DNA from: Candidatus Altimarinota bacterium
GTDB lineage: Bacteria; Patescibacteriota; Gracilibacteria; CAIRYL01; GCA-016699755
Assembly: GCA_963664295.1 (NCBI GenBank)
Contig: OY760935.1
Location: 973,604-1,037,603 of the forward strand
Direction of reading: 5' to 3'
Length of the DNA: 64,000 bases
Shown: piece by piece, positions 53,788 through 62,764 of the stretch
Layout of the letters: every line of letters begins with the position of its first letter
How positions within the stretch are numbered: position 1 is the first letter of the stretch
Program-made: the position numbers and the translations under genes
Notes under the pieces: generated by a model
What the model was told of the DNA's origin: nothing
What the model saw: only the letters and a program-made list of their open reading frames with translations
The model's database searches: none

Positions 53788-55245
53788 ATGAGTGAAATGT
53801 CCCTAAAATTGACGTTTGATGATGTGCTTTTAGTCCCTCAGTATTCTGAGATATTGCCTCGTGACGTTGATACAAGTAGTTATTTTTCTAAGAATATTAA
53901 AATTAAAACTCCACTTGTTTCTGCGGCTATGGACACTGTCACAGAGAGTTTAATGGCTATTGAAATGGCTTTAGCTGGTGGCATTGGCGTAATTCACAAA
54001 AACTTAACCCCAGAAGAGCAAGCAAAAGAGGTGGCAACAGTAAAGCGTTTTGAAAATGGTTTTATTCGCAATCCAGAAGTATTACCACCTGATGCAAAAA
54101 TAGAAAAAGCTTTTGAGATAAGAAAAAAGCTTGGCTTTAAGGCAATTCCAATCACAAAAGATGGTAAACCAAACGGAAAAGTGGTTGGACTAATAACAGC
54201 CAATGATTTTTTTATTGATCGTCATCGTGATGTGAAAGTAAAAGAACGCATGACGCCAAGAAAAAATCTTTTTACAGCACAAGAAGGAATATCCCTAGAG
54301 GAAGCCAGAGAATTATTAGAAGAATCAAAACATTCCAAGTTAATTATTTTAGACAAAAATGACAGACTATTTGCCATGGTCACTCGTCGTGATATTGAAA
54401 AAAACCGAAATTTCCCAAATTCAACTTTGGATAAAGAAAATAGGTTGGCAGTTTCTGCAGCAGTTGGTCCTTCTGACATTAAAGAAAGGGCAAAACTTCT
54501 TGCAAAAGCAGGTGTAGATGCCTTTGTTGTCGACACTGCACATGGTCATTCTAAAGGCGTGATTGATACGGTCAAATACCTAAAAAAGAATTACAAAAAA
54601 ATTGATGTAATTGCTGGCAATGTTGCCACCAAAGAAGGAGTAAAGAAGTTAATAGAAGCTGGTGTAGATGGGGTAAAAATTGGTATTGGCCCTGGCTCAA
54701 TTTGTACTACTCGTATTATTTCTGGGGTTGGTGTTCCGCAATTATCTGCAATTATTGAGTGTGGACAAGAGGCACAAAAACACAAAATTCCTCTTATTGC
54801 CGATGGTGGAATTAGGTATTCTGGTGATGCCGCAAAGGCTTTGGCTGCTGGTGCAAGTTCTGTTATGCTCGGCTCTCTTTTGGCTGGCACAAAAGAAGCG
54901 CCCGGTGAATTGATTTTTTCAGAAGGTAAAACTTTTAAAGTTTATCGTGGTATGGGTTCATTATCTGCTATGAAAAAAGGTAGCGCAGAAAGGTATGGTC
55001 AAGATGTTGCAGAAAAATTAGTGCCAGAAGGTATTGAAGGAAAAACAGTTTATAAAGGTAGCGTGAGGGGAGAGGTTTTTCAAATAGTTGGTGGAATACG
55101 CTCTTCTATGGGCTATCAAGGTGCTAAAAAAATTAGCGATCTTCACAAAAAGGCAAAATTTGTACGAATTTCTGCCTCAGCAATGAAAGAAAGCCATCCT
55201 CACAGCATTTTTATTTCCAAAGAAGCGCCAAATTATCGTAAATAA
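53788..55245 (+). CDS. guaB: IMP dehydrogenase (with CBS pair)
   Basis: LTFDDVLLVPQYS, GIGPGSICTTR (catalytic Cys loop) and GGIRYSGD. 485 aa. Confidence 0.95.
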   Translation: MSEMSLKLTFDDVLLVPQYSEILPRDVDTSSYFSKNIKIKTPLVSAAMDTVTESLMAIEMALAGGIGVIHKNLTPEEQAKEVATVKRFENGFIRNPEVLPPDAKIEKAFEIRKKLGFKAIPITKDGKPNGKVVGLITANDFFIDRHRDVKVKERMTPRKNLFTAQEGISLEEARELLEESKHSKLIILDKNDRLFAMVTRRDIEKNRNFPNSTLDKENRLAVSAAVGPSDIKERAKLLAKAGVDAFVVDTAHGHSKGVIDTVKYLKKNYKKIDVIAGNVATKEGVKKLIEAGVDGVKIGIGPGSICTTRIISGVGVPQLSAIIECGQEAQKHKIPLIADGGIRYSGDAAKALAAGASSVMLGSLLAGTKEAPGELIFSEGKTFKVYRGMGSLSAMKKGSAERYGQDVAEKLVPEGIEGKTVYKGSVRGEVFQIVGGIRSSMGYQGAKKISDLHKKAKFVRISASAMKESHPHSIFISKEAPNYRK

Positions 55246-55260
55246 ATTTTTATTTTAATT

Positions 55261-55689
55261 ATGAAAAAAGTTTACATAGCCTCCGACCATGGTGGATATG
55301 CACTAAAAAAAGACATTATTGAAATGTTTAATAGTGATTATGAATTTATTGATTTAGGTTGTAATTCTGAAGCTAGTGTGGATTATCCCCAATATGGAAG
55401 AATGGCATCAGAAAAAGCAGTTGAGGACAATACTTTGGCCATTGTAATTTGTGGTACGGGTTTAGGTATTTCTATTGCAGCAAATAAGGTTAAGGGGGCT
55501 CGTTGTGCATTATGTATTAATTCAACCATGGCTTATTTAGCAAAAGAACACAATAATGCTAATGTGCTTGCTTTGGGTGGTAGAATTATTGGTAAAGAAT
55601 TGGCTCGTGATATTGTAGATACTTTCTTAAAAACACCCTTTTCTGAAAGCGAGCGTCATACTCGTCGAATTTCTGAGATTGAGCTATGA
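55261..55689 (+). CDS. rpiB: Ribose-5-phosphate isomerase B
   Basis: MKKVYIASDHGGYALK, ICGTGLGISIAANK and HNNANVLALG. 142 aa. Confidence 0.92.
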   Translation: MKKVYIASDHGGYALKKDIIEMFNSDYEFIDLGCNSEASVDYPQYGRMASEKAVEDNTLAIVICGTGLGISIAANKVKGARCALCINSTMAYLAKEHNNANVLALGGRIIGKELARDIVDTFLKTPFSESERHTRRISEIEL

Positions 55690-55937
55690 AAAAAGCGAAT
55701 TTAATTTCATTATCAAGCTGGCTTGGTGCATGCTTATTCGTACTTGCTTATGTATTGCTTTCTTTTGATGTTTTATCTAGTCATAGTGTGGTTTATCATA
55801 GCATTAATTTAATTGGTGCTTTTTTTTATATTCCTGATATTTTTATCAAAAAAGCATTTTCTGCTGTTTTTATAGAAATTATTTGGGGCAGTGTTGCAAC
55901 AATTTCTATTATTAGAATTATATATTATGCAAATTAA
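55686..55937 (+). CDS. Small hypothetical membrane protein (3 TM)
   Basis: 83 aa, hydrophobic. ATGA overlap with rpiB and a 12-nt overlap with rpe, so it is embedded in the pentose-phosphate operon. Confidence 0.5.
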   Translation: MKKANLISLSSWLGACLFVLAYVLLSFDVLSSHSVVYHSINLIGAFFYIPDIFIKKAFSAVFIEIIWGSVATISIIRIIYYAN

Positions 55938-56553
55938 ATTTTTCCCTTCACTTTTATCTGCAGATTTTGGTGCTTTGCAAGCGGAAATAAATTCTGTAGA
56001 AGATTTTGTAGATGGTTTCCATTTTGATGTAATGGATGGTCATTTTGTGCCCAATCTCACAGTTGGTGCGCCAGTTTTGAAGTGTTTAAAAACCAATAAA
56101 ATTTTTGATGCACACTTAATGATTGCAAATCCGGAAAAATATATTGAGGATTTTGTAAAAGCAGGTGCACATTGGATATCTATTCATGCAGAAACCGTAA
56201 AAAATCCAACAGAAATTTTAAAAAAAATAAAATTACTAGGAGCAAAAGCAGGCTTAGTGCTTAATCCAGAGACAAGTCTAGATGATTATTTAGAAGATTT
56301 TAAAGAGGCAAACTTTGCTTTAATTATGAGCGTAAATCCTGGTTTTGGCGGACAAGGTTTCATGCCTGAAGTTTTAGAAAAAGTTCGTATTTTACGCAAA
56401 AGTTTTCCAGAAATGGATATTCAAATAGACGGTGGCATTAATGATAAAACAGTAAAACAAGCCATTGAGGCAGGTTGTAATGTTGTTGTTTCAGGTTCTT
56501 ATTTTTGGGGAAGTGATGATCGCGAAGAAACAGCAAATTTATTGCGCACTTGA
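55926..56553 (+). CDS. rpe: Ribulose-phosphate 3-epimerase
   Basis: Start reset to ATG 55926 (MQIKFFPSLLSADF). Motifs: HFDVMDGHFVPN, MSVNPGFGGQ and DGGIN. Confidence 0.92.
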
Positions 56554-56598
56554 CAAAAAATTGGATTTTTTTAAAATCAAAGTAAATTTAGCCTTACA

Positions 56599-56916
56599 AT
56601 GCACACATTTCGTAAAGTTTTTGAAAAATTTCCCCATAAAATTACAGATCCGGAAGTTTTAGCGCTAATGAAACAAACTGGTGTTGAGCAGTTTGGTGTT
56701 TGTAAAAAAGTAAAAGCAATAGGAGCAAAAACTAGAGAGGGGGTAATGTGTTGTGTGCGAAAAGTCGGAGGGACATGTGCTGATTTTTGGGACGAAGCAG
56801 GCAAAAATTGCCCATTTTCACAAGTAGTTAGAGATCCCTACAAAATTGATCATGACAATAACAAGCCATTGGCAACCTTATTGCACAGAGTTGATACTGA
56901 CAGAGAAATAGTTTAA
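56599..56916 (+). CDS. Hypothetical Cys-containing small protein
   Basis: 105 aa with 5 Cys (GVCKK, MCCVRKVGGTCADF, KNCPF). It sits between rpe and purH. No family recognised. Confidence 0.45.
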   Translation: MHTFRKVFEKFPHKITDPEVLALMKQTGVEQFGVCKKVKAIGAKTREGVMCCVRKVGGTCADFWDEAGKNCPFSQVVRDPYKIDHDNNKPLATLLHRVDTDREIV

Positions 56917-56975
56917 TAATTCCCTGTAAATTTTCTTCAAAATATGCGAAAATTTGAGCATATTTTTTTGCTGAA

Positions 56976-58472
56976 ATGATTAAAAAAATAAACAGAGCGC
57001 TTGTTTCTGCTTTTAATAAAGAAGGCATTGTTGATTTTGTAAAATTTTTAGCCGATCAAGGCACAGAAATAGTCTCTACTGGAGGCACAGCAAAATTACT
57101 TCGAGAAAATAATATTGAAGTAAAAGATATTTCTGACTTAACAGGTTTTCCAGAGATGCTTGATGGCAGGGTGAAAACTCTTCATCCACGTGTTCATGGG
57201 GGCTTGCTTTATGTGCGCGGTAATCAAGAACACGAAAATACTATTAAAGAACATGACATTAAACCAATTGATTTAGTTTTAATTGATTTATATCCTTTTG
57301 ACAAAGTTGCGGAAGAGGAAAAAATAGAAATGATTGATATTGGCGGACCCTCCATGCTTCGCAGTTCAGCAAAAAACTTTGATAGCGTCACCGTAATAGC
57401 AAATAAAAATTATATGCAGGAAGTGCAGGCGGAAATTGAAAAAGAAGGAGGAACAACACTAGAAACACGAAAAAAATTAGCAGGAATTGCTTTTAAAACA
57501 ACATCGCAATATGATTCAAAAATTGCTGAATATTTTGATCCAAATTTCAAAGGAATATTTAATGAAAAAATTCAAGAACTTAGATACGGAGAAAACCCTC
57601 ATCAAACAGCAGGTTTTTACAAAAACCTAGGAGTTAATGTTAGCCCATCTATTGTTAATGCTAGGCAATTGCACGGAAAAGAGCTTTCTTTTAATAATAT
57701 TTTAGACGGCAATGCGGCATTGGAATTGGCTACTGAGTTTTCCGACCCCTTTTGTGCAGTCATAAAACATACTAATCCTTGTGGAGCTGCGGAAGCTGAC
57801 ACAATAGAAGAGGCTTTTGAAAAAGCTCACGCTGGCGATCCTTTGTCTGCTTTTGGTGGCATTATTGCAATCAATCGACCTTGCTCAAAAGAATTAGCAG
57901 AAAAAATATCCCAAGCAGGATTTTTTGAAATTATTATTGCTCCAAGTTTTGCCAGTGAAGCCTTGGAAATATTACAAAAAAAGAAAAATGTACGCCTCTT
58001 AGAGGTTGGTGAAATAAAACCAGTGCAAGACCAAAAAGACATCAGAAGTGTTTTGGGTGGATTTTTAATTCAAGATCGTGATGAAAAAATGTTAATAGAA
58101 AAAGATTTACAAGGAGCAGAAGTAGAAGATGTAAAAGATTTATTATTTAGCTGGAAAATTGTTAAATATGTAAAATCAAATGCAATTGCTGTGACAAAAA
58201 ATAGAGCGATTTTAGGCATTGGTGCAGGTCAAATGTCTAGAGTAAAGTCAATGGATATAGCCCTTGAAAAAGCAGGAGAAAAAGCAAAAGGAGCAATTTG
58301 TTCTTCTGATGCGTTTTTTCCATTTGCAGATTCTGTAGAATTAGCCTCAAAACACGGAATAAAAACAATAGTACAACCAGGAGGCAGTGTTCGTGATCCA
58401 GAAGTGCTAGAAAGTGCCAAAAAACTAAACATTAAAATGGTGCTAACTGGCACAAGGGCATTTAAGCATTGA
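56976..58472 (+). CDS. purH: Bifunctional AICAR transformylase / IMP cyclohydrolase
   Basis: ALVSAFNKEGIVDF, RVKTLHPRVHGGLL, KHTNPCG and QPGGSVRD. 498 aa. Confidence 0.95.
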   Translation: MIKKINRALVSAFNKEGIVDFVKFLADQGTEIVSTGGTAKLLRENNIEVKDISDLTGFPEMLDGRVKTLHPRVHGGLLYVRGNQEHENTIKEHDIKPIDLVLIDLYPFDKVAEEEKIEMIDIGGPSMLRSSAKNFDSVTVIANKNYMQEVQAEIEKEGGTTLETRKKLAGIAFKTTSQYDSKIAEYFDPNFKGIFNEKIQELRYGENPHQTAGFYKNLGVNVSPSIVNARQLHGKELSFNNILDGNAALELATEFSDPFCAVIKHTNPCGAAEADTIEEAFEKAHAGDPLSAFGGIIAINRPCSKELAEKISQAGFFEIIIAPSFASEALEILQKKKNVRLLEVGEIKPVQDQKDIRSVLGGFLIQDRDEKMLIEKDLQGAEVEDVKDLLFSWKIVKYVKSNAIAVTKNRAILGIGAGQMSRVKSMDIALEKAGEKAKGAICSSDAFFPFADSVELASKHGIKTIVQPGGSVRDPEVLESAKKLNIKMVLTGTRAFKH

Positions 58473-58657
58473 TAAAAAAATGGCTTAAAAAAACCATTTT
58501 ATATTCCCATATTGTTTGTAGTTGTTTTACTAAAACAACAATTTGACAAAATGTCAATAATAAATCCTTGCAAATATTAGACATTGTGTTTAATAATGGT
58601 AAACTCTTTTTCTAATACTTATAAAACTTGTAGATTTACTCTTTAATTAAATAACAA

Positions 58658-59740
58658 ATGAAAACATTTTTTTGCAAAATAGCCCTGTCAATTTCCATTT
58701 TTGTTTTGTGTTTTAGTTTTGTCACTAATGCAGAAGCCTATGGTAGTAGTAACAACAGAGGTGGCACAGGTAGTGCTGATATTGGTGTTTGTGGTGGTGC
58801 AAATACACCATCTTTTTCTGACATTGAACCTATTAAAAACGCAAATTTAAACAGCTTAAACGAAGTAAGTTTTATTGTCACAGGTAATGATATCAATAAA
58901 GAAAGCATTAGTATTTCTGTTGAAGGCGAAGCATTGCAATTAAACATTAGAGAGTTATCAGATAGTACATTTTTGGTAGAAGGTGATACAAGTGGTTTAA
59001 ACCTTGAAGATGGCCTAGTTTATATTTCATTATCAGCCACAGGAGGAAGGGAGTGCTTAAAAACAAGTTCTTATTTTGTAGAGTTAGATAAAAAAGGAGA
59101 ATTACCAAAAGACCCAGATGACACAGATGATGATGACGATGGAGACACAGGTGATGATGGTGATACAGGTAGTGACGACGACGATGATGATGAATTTAGC
59201 GCAAAAGACAAAGGCCATTGGGCATTTACTTATGCAAAAAAATTAGTTAATAGAGGTGTTTTAACAGGTGATGGAGAAACTGGAGAGCTAAGACTTGATG
59301 ACCCAATTCAACGCATAGAGTTGTTAGTAGCTGTTATGAGAGCTTTCCGAGTTTCAGTGCCAAGTTTCCTTGAGGAAAAGCCGTTTAATGATGTGCCAGC
59401 TGACGAATGGTTTGCGCCTTATGTTGCAAAAGCAAAAGCATTAGGCTGGGTAGATGGTTATGAAAATGGAAAATTATTTAAGCCAGGAGCTGGGATAACC
59501 AGAGCAGAAGCATTAAAAATAATTTTTATGGTTGCAGGAATAGATGCAGAATATACCAACACACCTTTTATTGATGTCGACGAAAATGATTGGTTTGCAC
59601 CTTATGTTGCCTGGGCTTTTGATAGACAACTAGTAGAAGGCTATGGAAATAATAAAAATCTTTTTAGGCCAGACAGAGAAATTACAAGAGGAGAAATATC
59701 AAAAATATTGGTTAAACTTCTAGAGTACCTTAACCTTTAA
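58658..59740 (+). CDS. SLH-anchored secreted protein with poly-Asp linker
   Basis: Signal peptide (...TNAEA) and an Ig-like N-terminal domain. An acidic run follows (DPDDTDDDDDGDTGDDGDTGSDDDDDDE), then three SLH motifs (FSAKDKGHWAF..., FNDV...ITRAEALKI, FIDV...ITRGEISKI). Confidence 0.8.
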   Translation: MKTFFCKIALSISIFVLCFSFVTNAEAYGSSNNRGGTGSADIGVCGGANTPSFSDIEPIKNANLNSLNEVSFIVTGNDINKESISISVEGEALQLNIRELSDSTFLVEGDTSGLNLEDGLVYISLSATGGRECLKTSSYFVELDKKGELPKDPDDTDDDDDGDTGDDGDTGSDDDDDDEFSAKDKGHWAFTYAKKLVNRGVLTGDGETGELRLDDPIQRIELLVAVMRAFRVSVPSFLEEKPFNDVPADEWFAPYVAKAKALGWVDGYENGKLFKPGAGITRAEALKIIFMVAGIDAEYTNTPFIDVDENDWFAPYVAWAFDRQLVEGYGNNKNLFRPDREITRGEISKILVKLLEYLNL

Positions 59741-59769
59741 AATAGTTCGGATTAAATTTTAAAAGCTTT

Positions 59770-59798
59770 AAAATCATCTATATAAAATAGATGATTTT
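59770..59798. terminator. Bidirectional intrinsic terminator between convergent genes
   Basis: An 11-bp stem AAAATCATCTA / TAGATGATTTT with loop TATAAAA, flanked by A- and T-runs. Confidence 0.7.
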
Positions 59799-61091
59799 TT
59801 AGTTCACAATTGCTTCAAGGGGGCTAATTTTTGCTGATTTACGAGCAGGAAAAAGCGTAGCAACAAAAGAGGCCAAAATCACTACTGCAAAAATCCACAA
59901 AAATATATTAAGTGATAATGGAAAAAATGTTTCAGGCTTAATAGAAATATCAGGAATTTTACTTAAAATAAAATTATCCAAGACTATACTAAAAAAAGTA
60001 CCAATAAATAAACCTAAAAAAGCACCAATAGCACCCAAAATAACACCCTGGGTAATAAAAATAGCAAAAATAGTCCCTTTTGGCGCGCCAATAGAGTTTA
60101 AAATGCCAATAGTCTGCTTTTGTTCAATTACAGAAACAGAAATTAAAGAAAACATAGACAAAAGAGAAACAAAAATAATCAGAGTAGCGGTTAAAAGCAA
60201 AGTCACGCGTAAAGATAAAATTAATGTCAAAATTTCTTCTCCAACTTCACCAAAAGTTTTTGCTTTTAATCCCATAGTAGTAATTTTTTCTTGAAGACTT
60301 TTAACCTCATCAACATTATTTGCTTCTATATAAGCCTGAGAAAAAGAAGGATTTTCGTTTATTTTTCTTCCTAGTTTTTCAGAAACATCAAAAGCAGTTT
60401 CTATAGGAATAGAAACACCTAAAGGAGGAGCGCGTGGCGAAATAACCTTAATTTGTGCACTTCTGTAAATAGGCTCAGTATCACCGAGAGTAAAAACAGT
60501 AGATTTACCAAAGATTAATTGAAATCTTTTGTCTTGTAAATTTTCTGCTTTGAGATGTGGTATTTCCTTAACAGTTTCTGCCAAAGAACTATTAAAAACA
60601 TCAATGATGTAGGGAGAAACAGCAATGGGAACCATAATTTCATCTTCACCTCTAATAAATTCTTTAAATTCATCAGGTTGATCAAGTCCAAAAATTTCTT
60701 TATCCACAGCATAAACAGGAGTATCGGTCTCAAAAGTAAAGCCAAACATCCAAACTTTGAGCGAAGATGGATAATCAAGTGTCAAAACACGAGCAACATT
60801 TTTAACTTCAGGGAAAGTTTTGATTTCATCAATCGCCTCTTGGTCAAGAGTTTTGCCCTGGTTGATGTCTAAAAAACCCAAAGAAAAATAATCATTACTT
60901 ACGATTAAAGTTTCTGGACTGGTTGTTTCGCGGATTGGTCTTAAAAGAAAATCCTGTATTCCTTCAGAAAAAACAAAAAACAAAAAAAGCACCATTGTGC
61001 CAATTAAAACACTAAAAGAAACCAAAAAATTACGCGTTTTTTTGGCAGAAATTAGCCTTAGTGAAAAATTTAATATATTTAAAAAACTCAT
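59799..61091 (-). CDS. FtsX/MacB-type ABC transporter permease (no ATPase partner adjacent)
   Basis: N-terminal TM, a large periplasmic-type domain and then 3 C-terminal TM helices with the FtsX pattern (IGILNSIGAPKGTIFAIFITQG...ARKSAKISPLEAI). Start reset to ATG (complement 61089-61091, MSFLNILNF...). Confidence 0.8.
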   Translation of the reverse strand: MSFLNILNFSLRLISAKKTRNFLVSFSVLIGTMVLFLFFVFSEGIQDFLLRPIRETTSPETLIVSNDYFSLGFLDINQGKTLDQEAIDEIKTFPEVKNVARVLTLDYPSSLKVWMFGFTFETDTPVYAVDKEIFGLDQPDEFKEFIRGEDEIMVPIAVSPYIIDVFNSSLAETVKEIPHLKAENLQDKRFQLIFGKSTVFTLGDTEPIYRSAQIKVISPRAPPLGVSIPIETAFDVSEKLGRKINENPSFSQAYIEANNVDEVKSLQEKITTMGLKAKTFGEVGEEILTLILSLRVTLLLTATLIIFVSLLSMFSLISVSVIEQKQTIGILNSIGAPKGTIFAIFITQGVILGAIGAFLGLFIGTFFSIVLDNFILSKIPDISIKPETFFPLSLNIFLWIFAVVILASFVATLFPARKSAKISPLEAIVN

Positions 61092-61199
61092 CTTAGTTTG
61101 TATTTTCTCATTCAAAGCATGCTTTATCAAGAAGAGAACAAAAACTCTTTTCAAATTGGTCAAAAAATGGCAAACTGCCTTAGCAACAAATTATTTTGT

Positions 61200-61277
61200 G
61201 GCGACTGTAGCTCAGTTGGTTAGAGCGCCGGATTGTGGCTCCGGAGGTCGTGGGTTCGAACCCCATCAGTCGCCCCA
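61200..61277 (+). tRNA. tRNA-His (GTG) with encoded G-1 and CCA
   Basis: G-1 at 61200 lies opposite discriminator C. Acceptor GCGACTG/CAGTCGC, D-arm GCTCAGTTGGTTAGAGC, anticodon stem CCGGA/TCCGG with loop TTGTGGC, T-arm GTGGG-TTCGAAC-CCCAT. Confidence 0.92.
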
Positions 61278-61670
61278 TGAATATCTTTAAACATGTGCCA
61301 CAATCAAGATTGCGTCTTCGCGGAGCTAGTGGTTATCTACCCCCATCAGTCGCCCCATGAATATCTTTAAACATGTGCCACAATCAAGATTGCGTCTTCG
61401 CGGAGCTAGTGGTTATCTACCCCCATCAGTCGCCCCATGAATATCTTTAAACATGTGCCACAATCAAGATTGCGTCTTCGCGGAGCTAGTGGTTATCTAC
61501 CCCCATCAGTCGCCCCATGAATATCTTTAAACATGTGCCACAATCAAGATTGCGTCTTCGCGGAGCTAGTGGTTATCTACCCCCATCAGTCGCCCCATGA
61601 ATATCTTTAAACATGTGCCACAATCAAGATTGCGTCTTCGCGGAGCTAGTGGTTATCTACCCCCATCAGT
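61261..61670 (+). repeat. Five perfect 80-bp head-to-tail repeats plus a 10-bp partial sixth; copy 1 begins inside tRNA-His (its last 17 nt)
   Basis: The unit is CCCCATCAGTCGCCCCATGAATATCTTTAAACATGTGCCACAATCAAGATTGCGTCTTCGCGGAGCTAGTGGTTATCTAC. It occurs at 61261, 61341, 61421, 61501 and 61581, and the copies are identical by eye. A partial CCCCATCAGT lies at 61661-61670. Confidence 0.97.
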
Positions 61671-61739
61671 TTTTTGGCTTGCACAGCTGATTAACAGCCA
61701 TTAAACTAAAATGCGTTATATTGTTTTTTAAAAACAAAA

Positions 61740-62138
61740 ATGAACAGCAAATCCCCTAACTTAAGAGTGTTATTAGTTTGCAAACAAGAAGAAGAGGATT
61801 GCTTAAAAACAGAACAAAAAGAACAAGAAACAATAAACCCAATTGAAAAAATAATTGAACAAACACAAGAAATAATGCGAAGTAATACAAAAAGTTTTCC
61901 GCTTGAAATTGGACTTCATTTACACAAAGCAGGGAATGGTTGTTCTGCACAAGATGAACAAAAAATGTTGGAAGAAATTGTCAAATCTCCAGAAAATTTA
62001 ATTTTAATGACAAGAGCAGTAAAATTATCAGAACCTTGGAAAAGTTTGATGAAAAAAAATGTTTTTATGCTTGATGAACTAAGCCCAGTTCATATTATGA
62101 TTATGATTAAGGGCTATCTTGCCTCCATAAGACTTTAA
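61740..62138 (+). CDS. Hypothetical orphan protein in the tRNA-His/tRNA-Ile islet
   Basis: 132-aa ORF that is hydrophilic with no recognised motif. Coding status uncertain. Confidence 0.35.
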   Translation: MNSKSPNLRVLLVCKQEEEDCLKTEQKEQETINPIEKIIEQTQEIMRSNTKSFPLEIGLHLHKAGNGCSAQDEQKMLEEIVKSPENLILMTRAVKLSEPWKSLMKKNVFMLDELSPVHIMIMIKGYLASIRL

Positions 62139-62195
62139 TTATTATAAAAAACCTTGCTTTTTTTAATAAAAATAATAAAATAATCAAGCTTGTTT

Positions 62196-62272
62196 GGTCG
62201 TATAGCTCAGCTGGTTAGAGCGCTACACTGATAATGTAGAGGTCCCTGGTTCAAGTCCAGGTACGACCACCA
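62196..62272 (+). tRNA. tRNA-Ile (GAT), CCA encoded
   Basis: Acceptor GGTCGTA/TACGACC, anticodon stem CTACA/TGTAG with loop CTGATAA, T-arm CCTGG-TTCAAGT-CCAGG. Confidence 0.92.
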
Positions 62273-62297
62273 GAGATTTTTTGATTTGTTTTTACTT

Positions 62298-62402
62298 GTC
62301 ATTCTGAACTTGATTCAGAATCTTTTGGTGACATTATTGTCAGCAATTTATTTTATAGCTTAAATAATGTCCAAGGAGATTGCGGGTCAAGCCCGCAATG
62401 AC
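62298..62402. repeat. Inverted pair of related hairpins (GTCATT-stem-CTTGA-stem-AATC) bounding about 55 bp; MITE/REP-like
   Basis: 62298-62322 reads GTCATTCTGAACTTGATTCAGAATC. The reverse complement of 62378-62402 reads GTCATTGCGGGCTTGACCCGCAATC. Flanks and loop are identical, and the 5-bp stem core is fully swapped (CTGAA/TTCAG vs GCGGG/CCCGC). Confidence 0.85.
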
Positions 62403-62467
62403 ATTTAAATATTATTGTGATTTTATTTTTGGTTTGATATATATAAATTGATTTTTAAAATAAACAT

Positions 62468-62764
62468 ATGGTAAAGATTAAGAATTTAAACAAATTAGAC
62501 ATGCTGGCTTGTTTTTTAGTTGGACAAAAAAATAGCATAAATGATGCCCCTGAGGAAAAATTTTTAGTTTTAACATATTGGACATCGTGCGCAAATGTTT
62601 CTGTTATTTTTGCAACTATTTTTTCAAGTATGTCTATTGTTTTGTTTATAGAAATAGAAACTAATCTAGTTGTAATTCCTTTTTTTATAGCCTTTATATG
62701 GTTTTCTTTGAGGGCTTGGGCATTTGGTAGATGTGCTAAGATTGCATGTAAAATTTGGCTTTAA
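62468..62764 (+). CDS. Hypothetical small membrane protein (2 TM)
   Basis: 98-aa ORF with two hydrophobic helices, convergent with thyX. No motif recognised. Confidence 0.35.
   Translation: MVKIKNLNKLDMLACFLVGQKNSINDAPEEKFLVLTYWTSCANVSVIFATIFSSMSIVLFIEIETNLVVIPFFIAFIWFSLRAWAFGRCAKIACKIWL

Noticed and set aside
61310-61325. Type IIS restriction-site-like sequence (GTCTTC) inside the repeat unit as a hint of synthetic origin
   Set aside because: A 6-bp site is expected by chance, and there are no vector or adapter features around it. This is not evidence of anything.
61261-61670. Could the 80-bp array be a CRISPR array?
   Set aside because: All 80 nt of every unit are identical, so there are no unique spacers. 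No cas genes are in the window. It is a simple tandem repeat, not a repeat-spacer structure.
61277-61700. Chain of 27-codon ORFs (MNIFKHVPQSRLRLRGASGYLPPSVAP) created by the 80-bp period, each ending in an ATGA overlap with the next
   Set aside because: The overlap is an arithmetic consequence of an 84-nt ORF on an 80-nt period. The start codon uses the terminal A of the tRNA CCA, no ribosome-binding site is visible, and the peptide has no recognisable features. It is kept only as a remark inside the main finding.
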